From assembly GCF_006345805.1 (NCBI RefSeq), contig NC_043001.1, positions 40,858,001-40,922,000 on the forward strand: a stretch of DNA of 64,000 nucleotides, in the 5' to 3' direction. This document shows positions 1-13,036 of this stretch, one piece after another (the stretch's first letter is position 1; each line of letters begins with the position of its first letter). The notes beneath the pieces are model-generated. The model had not been told where the DNA came from. It was given only the letters and a program-made list of their open reading frames with translations, and did no database searches. A program made the translations under genes and the position numbers. The DNA comes from Octopus sinensis (Eukaryota).

Positions 1-27
1 CCTTTTTATTTTTATTTTTTCCTAAGC

Positions 28-311
28 CAGATAAATACTTAGAAAGGTAACCTCTTGAATATTTTTGTTTATGTATCAACTCAACATAAGCATAAATTTA
101 GTGTTTATAAGTGTATTGAAATTGTATTGCCAACTTATATCTGTAACAAACTTTGGATGTAACTTCAAAATTGACTGATCCCAATTGCTCTTAATTTTGG
201 CCATAACCATAACTCAAGTGGATTTTTGCTAATTATAGTTTGTAAAGCATGGTATATTGTACTTAAGATTGATTCCAGAGAAACCAAAAGAAAAAAAAAA
301 TGGGTTCTTAA
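28..311. repeat. Local direct duplication, copy 1 (copy 2 at 2570-2857)
   Basis: cagataaatac(t/a)tagaaaggtaacctcttgaatatttttg...gtgggttcttaa recurs 2.54 kb downstream at roughly 90% identity by eye. No TIR, tRNA head or tail recognised. Confidence 0.9.
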
Positions 312-1435
312 CAAAGGAACAATGTACAAAATGTTGACTTCTTTGATTCTTCTTCACAGCATAATTATATATTTTTACTCTTTTTTTTTCTTCTCAAAAC
401 TCTGGATATTCTGTGAAACAGATAAGAGATGAATTTCTATCTGGATAGACTGCTAGTCTATACTATTCTTTTGTTGTTACTAGTTTAAACCGATAGAACA
501 GTAGCTAAGATGGGACATAGCCTTCAAGAATTTTAGTCAATCATATCAATCGTAGTCTGTAATGCAGTGTGTTGATTAATTTACTGATCTATATATTTCA
601 AATAATTAAGTCACACTTTTTATCGAAGGGAGGGTACAACACTTGCTTTACAAATATAAACATAAACATAGGCATGGATATATACATGCACATGCCTATA
701 CATATACATATAAACACGTGCACACACACACACACACACACACACGATGAGTTTCTTTCACTTTCCATCCACCAGATTCACTCACGAGGCTTTGGTCAGC
801 CTGAGGCCATATTAGAAAACACTTGCCCAAAACCATGTGGTTAGGAAGCAAAGTTCTTAATCACACAGCCATATATACATGTGTGCGCACATGTCTATAT
901 GTATGTATAAAAATGTCTGTGTGTATGTATGTGTAAATCTATGTGTATGTGCGACAGGCTTCTGCACATTTCCATCAATCAAATTTATTTACATAACCAG
1001 TTCACTCCAACAATAGTCACAATACTTTAGAAATGTAATAGTGATACACCCTCTCTTAGACCAGCAGACACTTTTCTGTTAAAGCACTTATGACACTTTA
1101 TATTAGAAAGGATTCAGAAACCCTATATAGGTACAGCAACACATTTTCTTTTATGTTGAAGTGGAAGAAATGATTTTAAAATTTGGATATTTGAATTTGA
1201 ATTGTTACAGCAGGACTTAGATTGTTCTAATATTAACCACTTAAAAACTAGAATAGTTTCAATTTTCAGCTCATCTACTGGATAAGTAAAGCCAGGAGTT
1301 TGATTGGATGACTTTTCTGTCCAGTACTCCAGTGTGTTACACTTTTGCTCTAACAATCATATTTCTTTGGTGTAAATAGATAAAATATCTTAGCTTTTCA
1401 CGTTTCTTGTAATTCATAATATTTCTTCTACTTAC

Positions 1436-1487
1436 AGTTAACAACATAGATTTTTAAATTTCAGGTAGATCCTTCTGGAACACTTAC
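1436..1487 (-). other. Candidate recursive splice site and 52-nt RS-type non-coding exon
   Basis: Minus strand: branch-like ACTAATC (about 1527), 37-nt pyrimidine tract, TAG immediately followed by GTAAGT, and a second donor ACT/GTAAGT 52 nt downstream. Stops in all three frames. Confidence 0.55.
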
Positions 1488-2069
1488 CTATGAGAAATAG
1501 AAAAAAAAAGAAACAAAAGATGAAGATTAGTTTGTATCAAAAAATATAAAAACATCAAGTATCCATATCACATAGGTATAACTAGTAAATTTTAAGCATA
1601 CAAAAAAGGAATTAATGAATGTATGTACACATGTACACACATATATTTGTAGGAAGGTTAAATAAGAAAAAGTAATTAAATCACACTTGAACCATGCTCT
1701 ATGGTCTTAAAAACAAACACATTGGATAATATAGTCTGAAAGAAAGGGCAGTAGGGCCATGGTTTGATTACCTTTGATCAGCATACTTGATCAGAGCTGA
1801 CCTGGGGCTAAACAACAACAACCACAACTTGTGAAAAGATGCCTTAGATGTGGTGGGAACAGTAACAGCCAGTCAACTCTTACTGAAAATACTAAATTTT
1901 TCGTTTTAATGGCTTAGTCAAACCTTCAAGGCTCCTGAGATTGGTGGGAGTTAGAAAGGAAGTTAAACTTCAAATGGAAAGACTTGCCTGAATGCTTTCA
2001 ACAGTGGAATCTGCTAATGGCACCAAGGTTCTTGTGGTGTTAAACCATGCAACAGATTAAGTCAACATT

Positions 2070-2283
2070 CTTTTCTGCTCTAGGCACAAGGCCTGAAATT
2101 TGGAGGGAGGGGCCAGTTGATTAGATTGACTCCAGTACGCAACTGGTACTTAATTTATCGACCCCCAAAAGGATGAAAGGCAAAGTCGACCTCAGCGGAA
2201 TTTGAGTTCAGAACGTAAAGACAGACAAAATACTGCTAAGCATTTCACCTGGCGTGCTAATGTTTCTGCCAGCTTGCTGCCTT
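2070..2283 (-). mobile_element. tRNA-derived SINE, family B (ggcagcaagctggcagaaac... head), with 16-bp TSD
   Basis: Central gaggtcgactttgcctttcatcctt...gataaattaagtaccag motif shared with more than 10 copies in the window. Perfect TSD AGATTAAGTCAACATT at 2054-2069 and 2284-2299. Confidence 0.9.
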
Positions 2284-2569
2284 AGATTAAGTCAACATTA
2301 CTAATTATAATTGTTTACAAAATTAAAACTTCATTTTGAGACAGAAGCGATATGGAAAAGTTGGGTATCTCTTTCTTGATTACAAATTTTAGGTTAAATA
2401 TATACATTTATGATTTCAACTTTCTTATAGTTTAATGTGAGCTTCAAGATTTGCATGAAGTGCAATCTATGCTATTTTGGCAATTTACAATATCAATGGA
2501 ATAAATTACAGCTATACTGTTATGAAAATGTCATCTGCTTTCAAAAATTACAATCATACAACACCAAGA

Positions 2570-2857
2570 CAGATAAATACATAGAAAGGTAACCTCTTGA
2601 ATATTTTTGTTTAAGTATTAACTCAATAAACATAAGCATAAACTCAGTGTTTATAAGTGTATTGAAATGGCATTGTTAACTTATATCTGTAACAAACTTT
2701 GGATATAACTTTAAAACTGACTGATCCCAATTGCTCTTAATTTTGCCCATAACCATAACTCAAGTGGATTTTTACTAATTATAGTTTGTAAAGCATGGTA
2801 TATTGTACTTAAGATAGATTCCAGAGAAACCAAAAGAAAAGAAAAGTGGGTTCTTAA
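2570..2857. repeat. Local direct duplication, copy 2 (copy 1 at 28-311)
   Basis: Colinear match to 28-311 with small indels. Confidence 0.9.
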
Positions 2858-5574
2858 TAGACATATATAACAGAGGTTAAAATCTGGTATCCAAGGAAAC
2901 TCGAGATGGTCTGCATCATCAACAAACAGTCCATAAATACATATTTATCATTCCAGTTCTTCAGCTCAGATTTGCCATTGAAACTGACTTCCCATGATTT
3001 GGATTAGATTTTAGATTATGTAGAGCTCAGGTGGCTAAGTCAACATACTAAGTAGTCAGCAGTTTGTATTCTATGATTAGCAAGCAATCTGTTGTGTTTG
3101 TGACTAAGACACTAAACTTTCAAATGGCCCAGTACTAACTGCAAACTGGTACTGCAGAATAGGTGACATGGCTGCATGAGACTTGGGAAAGCCTTCAAAT
3201 AACAAGTGTCTTGTCAGAGGAATTAGTTAAGTGAAACCTGTGCAGAAGGTTGTTGCATATGTATAAACACTTGCATGTCTGTATGCCAGTGCATATCTTT
3301 CAGCATAGAGTGGAAAGAGAAGGGTTCTGTTAATGTGGCTTACCCAAAGATATACAATAAGAAGATGAAATCTTCATTGGTATGTCTGCAACACAATGAG
3401 TTAAGAGACTTACTTCAGTGTTGGGATAAGTGTCAACATGTAAGTAATCGTTTATAACATTTGCTACAGTGATGCTTTCATGACATCATTATTACAGATG
3501 GAAATTATTGTTTCCACATACCAATTATGCTTTGTCTGCTATAAGCAACATACTGTCTCTAATTTATGACTGTCCTCTTAATATGAAGGTTTTTACTGTT
3601 TTCTTCTTACATTTTACAAACTTAGGACTAGACATCATAATACAATTCTTTTGAATTAATATTCTCTGAAGTTGTTTTTTATCAGTTCATTAACACTAAT
3701 GAAATGACCAAGCCATCACTGTAGCCTTTATTTCAACTAATCTTTAATTGCTTCAATAAACATTATATCAACAGTTGGTTCCCAAAATGGTATAAATAGT
3801 AATGTCTATATAGGTATACAGGCAGTGATTTTGTGATTGTTTTAATATACTAGAGGTGAACAGGTTTGACATAAACCATACAAGTTAACTAAATTGTTAA
3901 GCATGAGTGACAGCTTGAATAGGTAGGTGGGAATAAAATTAAGATGAAACATACATATGTTTATATGTCAGTAGACATCTAGAACTTAAAGTATTAAATA
4001 GAAACTAACATTTAAATGTGGTAAGAGAGAAAATGTAAAACAAAGTGATAACATAGGTTTCATATAACTAAACAAAAGCAATTCTTCTACATTTTATTGA
4101 CATGGTATAAAGTCAGAACGCAAAAGGGAGAGGCTTTCAAAAAACATATGTTAAAAGAATTTATTCAAGATGACAAAATAAATAAACAAATAAAAGGAAA
4201 AAGTAAAGCAACCCAAAACCTTTCAGCTATGATAAATATATTGTTTCAAACAGTTATGAGAAGCTATGTAACTTAACAATTAATTCAGTTAGTTGACACC
4301 ATAAGGAAATGAATACCTTCCTGTAATAGGTTCTAGTTAATACCATGTATTATTTACAATGGGGGTCTATCCATTTAAAAGTCAAGTACTTTTGAAGTTA
4401 TGATGAAAAATAAAAATTTAGTATTATTTATATATATTTTTTGACAATGCTATAAAAGAAAAGCCATCAATATTATCATGATAGAATGAGTTAAAAGAAA
4501 CTAACAAACAATACAAGTCTTTTTTTCAAATCCAACTTTATTACAGTCAACCATTATCCAAGCCAGAATAAATATTTCTTTATGTTTATCCTCTAGAATT
4601 TATTAAATAGAACATTTATAGATTTTACAATATACATACAAGTGAACTAACATATATTTCTGATTTCATCTTCTATATACAAATGTTTTTATATATTTGT
4701 AAACACGCACCTATGTAAATCATACACAATACAATACATATACAAGTATATTCAGACAGATAGAAGGATGGATGGATGGATGGATGGATAGATGGGCAGA
4801 CAAACAAACAAATAGATAGATATGGGAGTGTATGCATATATACATTTTTAAGTTATTGGAAATTTGACAATACTCTGGTTTTAATGTTTTATTAAGGGTT
4901 TTTGATATACCATCAGTAATCCTTTATGCTTTGTTTGGAACAATAAATTTCCCATGTTTCAATACCTCCCATCTTATCTTCAGGTTAAATGATTTTAGTA
5001 GCAGTTATTACTGCCATTTTTATTGTAAGATTCATGAGAAAGCTTTTATGATTGTTTCTCATTTTTATCATGGGACTCCAAATTTCCTGACTATTGAGAT
5101 CAAGTTTGTTTCGGAAATAGTCATTCTGGAAATAGTTTGCTTGTGGCATTAGATGCATAATTATTTAGTCTATTACTGAAATATGCTATATATAATAGAG
5201 ATTTGCATTACATTTATACAACTTAACTAATTTAATTTTTGTTTCCTGATATTTCACATAAAATGGTTATGTTATCAACTAATGAGTTCTATCAACATTT
5301 GTTTTGTGTTACATGATATAATGTAGCCCTGGGCAATACAGTAAACTGCATCCAATGGTGAGTCTCCAGCTCAGAAATCAGGAATTATGGGAAGTATGAG
5401 GAATTATCCTTTAGTCACTACTGCTCTCAGGTTCATGCTGATTCAGGAAAGCAGTATCAATCTAGGGTCCCAGCTATGGGAGAAACAGTAGAAGATGGTT
5501 CTCTAGTTAAGGCATAAAGGATTCAGAAGAGACTATGCCTAGACTTGCATCACACAGTCCCACGAATGTGGCAC

Positions 5575-5900
5575 TACTTCTTACAAATACTTAGAAAGAT
5601 ATGTCTCCAACAGTATTGCAATAGACAAAGAAACAGAGAATGCACTGTGCAGTCAACTCAGCAGACAGTTCTCAACAAAAGCATGTCAACAGCAATATGA
5701 ATTTTTCTGTCAATGATAAATTAATTGTATACAATGCAGTAATGATAGCTACTCTCACCTACTGTTGTGAAAGCTAGGTATTGTAGAAGAGACACGGAGC
5801 GATTTCAAACTGTCCACCAAAGAAGACTATGGATAGTACATACTAAGAAACTAGAGGCAAGACAGGATGATCAATGAGAAGGTTTCATTGCAAGCAGAGA
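5575..5900 (+). mobile_element. Decayed RTE-clade LINE ORF2 fragment (post-RT region)
   Basis: Manual translation YKYLERYVSN..IDKETEN and KLIVYNAVMIATLTYCCES*VL*KRH matches the RTE/BovB pattern F.YLGS..ID.EI and K..VY.AVV..TLLY.CE.W.L..RH. Confidence 0.7.
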
Positions 5901-6346
5901 GATCAAATATTGAAGTAACCAAAGCACAACTGATTTTCTAAATCAATCTTTATTTCAACCTGCAAATGAGAGCTTAATATGGTATAATAATTTAATACTG
6001 TTTCAATTTAGTAGACTGAGATTTTATTCAACCCAGCAGTTATTCAAAATATCAATGGTTATTATTCCCTGCTTCCTATATACTGGAGGGACAGATTTCA
6101 TGTCAGCATGTGACTAATGAGTTCTTGCCATTGACAAGGTCCAAGAAGACCGAAATGCCTGATATTCTTGTAAATTTCTGCTAGAATGATTTTTTTTGGA
6201 TTTTTTTCAGAATGATTTTTATTTAATATAGCATGGCTATGAAGAGGTTTTCTTTCTGACAAAAATCCACAGCATCATACCACTTATTAGTGTATATACA
6301 TTAAACATGATAAACAGACAGTTATATATATATATATATATAGATA

Positions 6347-6548
6347 GATAGATGACGCCATGATAGATCGTTAGCCACCACACACATTTTTTTCTCCTCG
6401 TGTTTCTCTCCTTGTTTTCTGTGTCCCTTTCTGTAGAAGAGCACAGGCTCGAAACGTAGAAGACTTTTTCTATTCCTGAGCGTTATACTAATACATCTGT
6501 TTGTTTTGTACACCACCTGCCTTCGTCTTTTGTTTTTTTTCAAACTCT

Positions 6549-6552
<4 letters not shown>
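6347..6552 (+). mobile_element. Short Penelope-LTR/retrozyme-like element with degenerate minimal hammerhead motif
   Basis: CTTT-CTGTAGA-A-GAGC acag GCTC-GAAAC-GT-A-GAAG at 6427-6462. Related copies at about 8440-8625 and 39190-39360. Confidence 0.65.
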
Positions 6553-6585
<33 letters not shown>

Positions 6586-6876
6586 CACACACACACAATG
6601 TATATATATTCTAATTGTTACATGCGTTTCAGTATTCAGATGCAACCAGTAGGTGCAGCTTATGGTGCAAGCATGGATTAAGAGTACCAAGTTATACCCA
6701 TGTAATCTCTTATTATTATTGTTATGCTCATTGTATGACATCATAGCCTACCATTGGATTTGGATAACTTCTGTGTACAAACAACAATGGGAATTTAAAA
6801 TAATTAATACTTGAGATAAAATTTATGTGATTTAATTGCTATATGTCGAGTGCATCTAACTGTACCTATCTATCTA

Positions 6877-6908
<32 letters not shown>

Positions 6909-7334
6909 CACACATATATATATATACATATATATACACACACACACTCTTAACCAGTACTAAAATAACTCTGGAAAACTCAAGCAACAGGCATTCAAAA
7001 AAAATAATGGAAAATGGGTTGTTAATTAGAGTAAAGAGAATTTGTGCTAATTTGTGTTAATTCATTAATTGTCATTAAAAGAAGGTTTCTACCATATAGA
7101 AAATGGATCGTTACTTCTCAAAGTACAGTAAAGTATTGTACTTTATTTTGCTGCATTGACATTTGTTCTTCAGAGAGAGAGAGGAGGGAGGGTAAATGAG
7201 TGTGAGTAAGTGTGTGTGTGTGTGTGTGTGTCTTAGGTGGTTTCAATGACAAGCATTCAGTTGTTCAATCAACTGATCAACCAGCTAGTTGAGCTTGTGT
7301 AGAAGCGATTGAACATTGTGCAGACAATTGTGCC

Positions 7335-7609
7335 TTAACCCTTTAGCATATAAAGTAACCGTACCTAGCCTAAACACTGTATGTGGTTTATATTCAAACA
7401 AGCCAAATAAGGTCTCACTTTTTAAACCTGACCTACAACATCATAGTAAAAATAAGCAATCACCTCATAGAAATCTCAAAGCTATGAGATAATGCATGAT
7501 TAATTAAAAATGATATGAATAAATAAGCATTACATTTGACAGATTAATCTGAATCCTAAATCATTAATCTGAATCCTAAATCATCATCATCATCAACCTA
7601 AATGGTTAA
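7335..7609. mobile_element. piggyBac-like TTAA MITE (decayed)
   Basis: Starts TTAA-CCCTTTAGCAT; internal sequence shared with 13781-13992 and 30281-30481; right end degenerate (aaatggTTAA). Confidence 0.7.
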
Positions 7610-7833
7610 CATAATTCTTAGGCAGAATCAGCATGACAGTGTGACAAAGTCACACCTTTGAATTACTGGAATAATCATTCAGTGAACACCTATACAGTTT
7701 CCATTTATCCTATTTCACTAGCAAGGCCTGGGTTGACCCAAAGATATGATAAAAGATACTAGCCCAGGATCTCATGCAATAGGAGTGAACTCAGGACCAC
7801 ATAATTGGGAAGTAACCTCCTTAACCATACAGT

Positions 7834-8160
7834 CATGGCTCAGTGGTTAGAGCATCAGGCTCACAATCATGAGGTAGTGAGTTCAATTCCCAGACCAGGC
7901 TGTGTGTTGTATTCTTGAGCAAGACACTTTATTTCACATTGCTCCAGTTGACTCAGCAGTAGAAATGAGTTGCGATGTCACTGGTGCCAAGCTGTATCAG
8001 CCTTTACCTTTCCCTTGGACAATATCAGTGGCATGGGGAGGGGAGGTTGGTATGCATGGGCAACTGCCGGTCTTCCATAAACAACCTTGCCTGGACTTGT
8101 GCCTGAGAGGGGAACTTTCTAGGTGCAATCCCATGGTTATTCATGAACGAAGGGGTCTTT
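7834..8160 (+). mobile_element. tRNA-derived SINE, family C (tggctcagtggttagagc head)
   Basis: A-box and B-box-like head, then ttcttgagcaagacactttatttcac. Homologous to 42496-42843. Confidence 0.88.
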
Positions 8161-8169
8161 AACTATATA

Positions 8170-8401
8170 TATATCATCATCATCATTTAACGTCCGCTTT
8201 CCATGCTGGCATGGGTTGGACGGTTCAACTGGGGTCTGGGAAGCCAGAAGGCTGCACCAGGCCCAGTCTGATCTGGCAGTGTTTCTACAGCTGGATGTCC
8301 TTCCTAATGCCAACCCCACCGTGAGTGTAGTGGGTGCTTTTTACATGCCAGATAAGGCTGGCAAACGGCCACGATCGGATGGTGCTTTTTACGTGCCACC
8401 A

Positions 8402-8402
<1 letters not shown>
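8170..8402 (-). mobile_element. RTE-tail element (family D) with (GAT)n tail
   Basis: On minus strand: ttggcattaggaaggacatccagctgtagaaacactgccagat...ggaaagcggacgttaaatgatgatgatg. Many copies in the window. Confidence 0.85.
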
Positions 8403-8439
<37 letters not shown>

Positions 8440-8441
<2 letters not shown>

Positions 8442-8625
8442 TTTTTTTTTTCCTCTGTCTTCCCTTCTCTGGATCTTTCCTTCTCCTATGTTTCCAACGA
8501 AGAGCTCCGCTCGAAACGTTAAAGCCTCCTTTTTTCCTTCTTTCCTGAGTGTCCAGTAATACTATATTTGTTCCACATCCTCGCGTTGTTGTGTTTTTTT
8601 GTGCTTTCTTGTTTGGATTAACTAT
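8440..8625 (+). mobile_element. Second short Penelope-LTR/retrozyme-like element with degenerate minimal hammerhead
   Basis: TTT-CCAACGA-A-GAGC tcc GCTC-GAAAC-GT-T-AAAG at about 8490-8524. Confidence 0.55.
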
Positions 8626-8628
8626 ATA

Positions 8629-8689
<61 letters not shown>

Positions 8690-10194
8690 TACATATACAC
8701 ACATATACATACATACATACATATGCTCATTAATTAACAGGGGCACCAAAACAGTACGACTGCTGTTAAATTTGTAAATAGGATCACAACCAAATGCTAT
8801 GTTTAATAAGCATATATTTAACCCCAGTATGAAGATAGACACCATGGTTATGCTACAGAACTTGCAACAACCAAGGAAGAAGATCAGATCAACTAATTTC
8901 AATTTTCATTCTTCAGTATTCACTCACTTCTCCTTAACTGCTGAAAGAATATGTATTTCTTACATACGGATGCTCTAATATTCATCCTATTGCTAACCAA
9001 CCAATCAACACTGAAATGAAAATTTGTCATAAATAAGCTAAATTGTGTTAATTTTTTTTCTTTTCACTCCCATTTTAGGAAGGGCACTCAACTGTAGGAA
9101 CCACACCAAAGCTGACAGTGGAGCTCAGTGCAACCTTGCAGTTCAGCAGATCCTGTCAAACCATCCAATCATACCAGCATGGAAAGTGGATGTTAAATGA
9201 TGGTGAGAGATACAACATATTAACTTCAATAAGGTCAGAACACATAACTAAATGTTTGTTTGTTTGTATTTGTGTTGTGTGTGTGTGTGTGCATACGCAT
9301 GCATTATGTATATGGGCAGCAGTCCATTATTTAATGCAGTCATTGTACCTCATCATCAAGAAATATATACTTTAGCAAAGAGACTATCAAGTATAATAAA
9401 TATTTTCCATTTCAATTGATGCCTATCAAAATGGAGAGCACTTGTATTGTCTACCAGCCAAACAGATTTTTTTCCACTAGTTATATTTCTGGTCATTACT
9501 GTAACTGCTAGTAGCTAAGTGGTAAAAGTAGGGGTGTGTATATTATAAAAAATGTGTGTTGTGAGGAGGGAGAATAACAATTGAAGCAATTCAAATTGCA
9601 AGTGTTCAACAACCAGCCAACAAAATTATTTTTTACTATTAGCAAGATGTAAATGTTTCTTTAAAGTCAGAGCTGACATACTTAATGTGGTGAGCCAAAA
9701 AGACGACCCTTAAAATATCACTTATGGATCCCTAATTCACTATTTTTCCTGTGTGGACCTCCCCCTCAACATCTTATATCGACCCCAGTTGAGAACCACT
9801 TGTTATGAGGATGATTATGATTAAGATGTTGCCAACAACAACAAGAATGATGAAATACGGTACTCTGTCACATTCCATCAGCAGCTAATTGCAACCAATT
9901 TATTGTTTTGTTTGTAACAAACATTTTAGTAAAACACTCAAACCCTCTAACTTTATTGTAAACACATTACATTCAGGTTACATTGATGACTAAGACAAGC
10001 TAAATATCATATTATTTATTATTTTTTTTACAAAATAAACATAAAGTATCATGAAAATGTTTAAAAAATATTTATAGTGGATTTGTTTGCCAATATTGGA
10101 GAGTTTAAAATCATAAAGACAATCATAACTAACATTTTCATGAAAAGAAAAAGCTACCAGATGAAAAATAATATTATTCTGTTATAGCTAAACT

Positions 10195-10595
10195 TCTTCT
10201 TCATCGTCATCATCGTCGTTTAACATCCGCTTTCCACGCTAACATGGGTTGGACGATTTTGACTGAGGGCTGGCAAACCAGAAGGCTGCACCAGGCTCCA
10301 ATCTTGATCTGGCAGAGTTTCTACAGCTGGATGCCCTTCCTAACACCAACCACTCCGAGAGTGTAGTGGGTGCTTTTTACATGCTACCGGCACAGGGACC
10401 AGTCAGGCGGTACTGGCAATGACCTTGCTCAAATCTTTTTACACATGCCACCGGCACAGATGCCAGTAAGGCGATGCTGGTAACAATTACGCTTGAATGG
10501 TGCCTTTGATGTGCCACTGGCATGGAAGCCAGTTAGCCGCTCTGGCAACGATCATGCTCAGATGGTGCTCTTGGCACCCTACTAGCACGGGCACA
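10195..10595 (-). mobile_element. RTE-tail element (family D) with internal tandem units
   Basis: (CAT)n then cgtttaacatccgctttcc...ctggatgcccttcctaacaccaacc, followed by repeated ttttacatgccaccggcac-type units. Confidence 0.85.
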
Positions 10596-11978
10596 AAATA
10601 ATAAGAGTAAATTCAATCCTTATTGGTAATTATTATTAAACTCACAATTCAATTCCTGATCATAAAATAGAGATTAAATATTTTGGAAATATTTTAACTC
10701 AACTAGTGTCTCAGACATCAATTCTTCTAAAGAAGTATGTAACTCCTATCTTGTTCTCTGGATGAGAAATTAGAATCAAATTTAAGTACATGCGTTTCTT
10801 ATATAAAGCAAGTAGTCCAAAATTGTCCACTGCCAGCTACCCAAGGGGGCTTAGAGTTAGCAATTCTATGACTCTGAGAATGCAGAAATGCTTGGACACC
10901 CAGTTCATGCTGTAAAATGATTAGTAATAGGGAAGACATCCAACCATGAAATCCATAACAAAATAATATGACATATACGTCAAGAGAAATTGGTGATTTT
11001 TCTTGGTTGCTGTGAATAATAAATGGCAAAGGATCTTGACAGGAGGCAAGATGCCAAAAGACCCATCCAAGATGTGAAAATATGAAAAAAGGAATACCAG
11101 ATGTAAAAGGATGATGATGATGATACTTATTTATATTCAACTACAGACAGTGTGATGGACATATACACAAACTGATAGACTGAAAAGAATGCACACACAC
11201 ACACACACACACATCCTAATTAAAACTAAGCGTGCTTCTTTTTTCTTTAGTTGTATAGACATGTTAATTAGACTTAACCTACTAAAATTTTCCTCAAAGA
11301 GCACTGCAAGAATGTCAAAGCACTAATTGTCGGAATTCAAGTATGACTCTTTTAACCTTCCTTTAACTGTCAAAAACTTACTGTAGTAAGTTTTTTTCAA
11401 ATAAACTCAATAGATGGAGGGAAAAAATGGAAAGACAATCCTGATAGTCATTTCAATCTTCCATCAGACCAGGTATAATAAATGAAGAAAATTTATATTT
11501 CTTTATTTTCACTCACGGGAAGTTTATTAAAACACAAATAGAATTACAGAACACATTATATAGTTGTCATTTAACCCAAGGTCAACTCAGATTGAGAAAA
11601 CCTATAATCTTTTCTACAAGGCCTGAAGCTTTTAGGGGAGGGGGTTTGTTGATTACATCAACCCCACTACTGAACTCATACCTATTTCATTGGCCTTGAA
11701 AGGATGAATGGCAAAGTTGACCTCAGTGGAATTTGAACTCAGAATGTACAGACAGACAAAATGCTTAGCAGTATTTTGTCTGGTGTGCTAAAGATTCTGC
11801 TAGCTTGCTGCCTTAAGAGAAAACCTCTAATCCAAAGCATTTTAAGTGTGTAGTTAACCATGTAGTTAAGAAATTTTCTTTGCATCTACATGGTTCCGTG
11901 GTTTTAGGTTCACTTCTACAGCACGGCACATTGGCAGGTGATTTTTTTTAACATCATACACATGAATATATGCGTGTG

Positions 11979-12009
<31 letters not shown>

Positions 12010-12284
12010 AAGAGAAAGGGAGACTGTTATGTTTATGCATACTGTTGTAAACGGTTGTGGTGCCTGTCATATCCTTATATGACAATCATAAATTAGTGAC
12101 TGGAATCTATATAATTGACTAAAAATATTTAAAGGCAGCGCCCAAGCATGGCTGCTGTCCATTGACTAAAACTAGTAAAAAAAAGTATACAAACACATAT
12201 GATAGTGCCATACCAAGACCCTACCCGTGATGTTAGAATGAGTAAAAGAATGTTGAAACATAGATGTATGTTATCTTCAATTTT

Positions 12285-12494
12285 TTTTTATCTTTTACTG
12301 ATATCAGTCACTGGACTGTGGCCATACGAGGGTACTGCCTTCAAGGGTTTAGCTGAACAAATTACCCCCAGTATTTATATTTTTAAGGTCTGATACTTAT
12401 TCTATCAGTCTTTTTTTTGCTGAACTGCTAAGCTATGGGGGCACAAACAAATCAGCACCGGTTGTCAAGTGATAGCAGAGGAACAAACATGCAT

Positions 12495-12563
<69 letters not shown>

Positions 12564-12720
12564 AGACTTCCAAAACGTTTATGTCTCCCAAATTCATGAG
12601 GCAGTGATTGGCCCAGGGCTATAGGAGAAGACACTAGCTCAACATGGTGTGCAGTAAGACTGAACCGAAAGCCACATGGTTGCAAAGCAAGCTTCTTAAC
12701 CACACAGCCATACCTGCAAT
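12285..12720 (-). mobile_element. tRNA/CORE-like SINE family A with internal (CA)n
   Basis: Head ggtatggctgtgtggttaagaagcttgc, internal (CA)n at about 12496-12560, tail cagtgactgatatcagtaaaaga. Confidence 0.85.
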
Positions 12721-12936
12721 CTCCTGCATTCAGTCTGTTAAGATTAGAAATAGATGCTAATCTCACTTCACCATTAAATGGTTAGCAGCAGAAAGGACAA
12801 CAAGCAGCATAAAAAAAAAATGCACATGCTTCAAGAATATGTAAATGTAGAATATATAATTAAGAGAAAAAATAAACAACACAGATGTTATCCTTTACTA
12901 CTATATCTGATAGCCAGTGCTCAATTTAGTACTTAC

Positions 12937-13036
12937 ATTGTGTTCTAAGCAAGATTTAACTTATTTAGAGGTACATAATGGTATTATTAAGCTATATCAA
13001 TTCTTGTTGCTATAGTTTGCGACAACATGGCTATGA
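12937..13036 (-). other. Candidate 100-nt non-coding exon
   Basis: Minus strand: ttttttttgtcttcttctgacatcattgttttcAG acceptor and AAT/GTAAGTA donor. Stop codons in all three frames. Confidence 0.45.
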
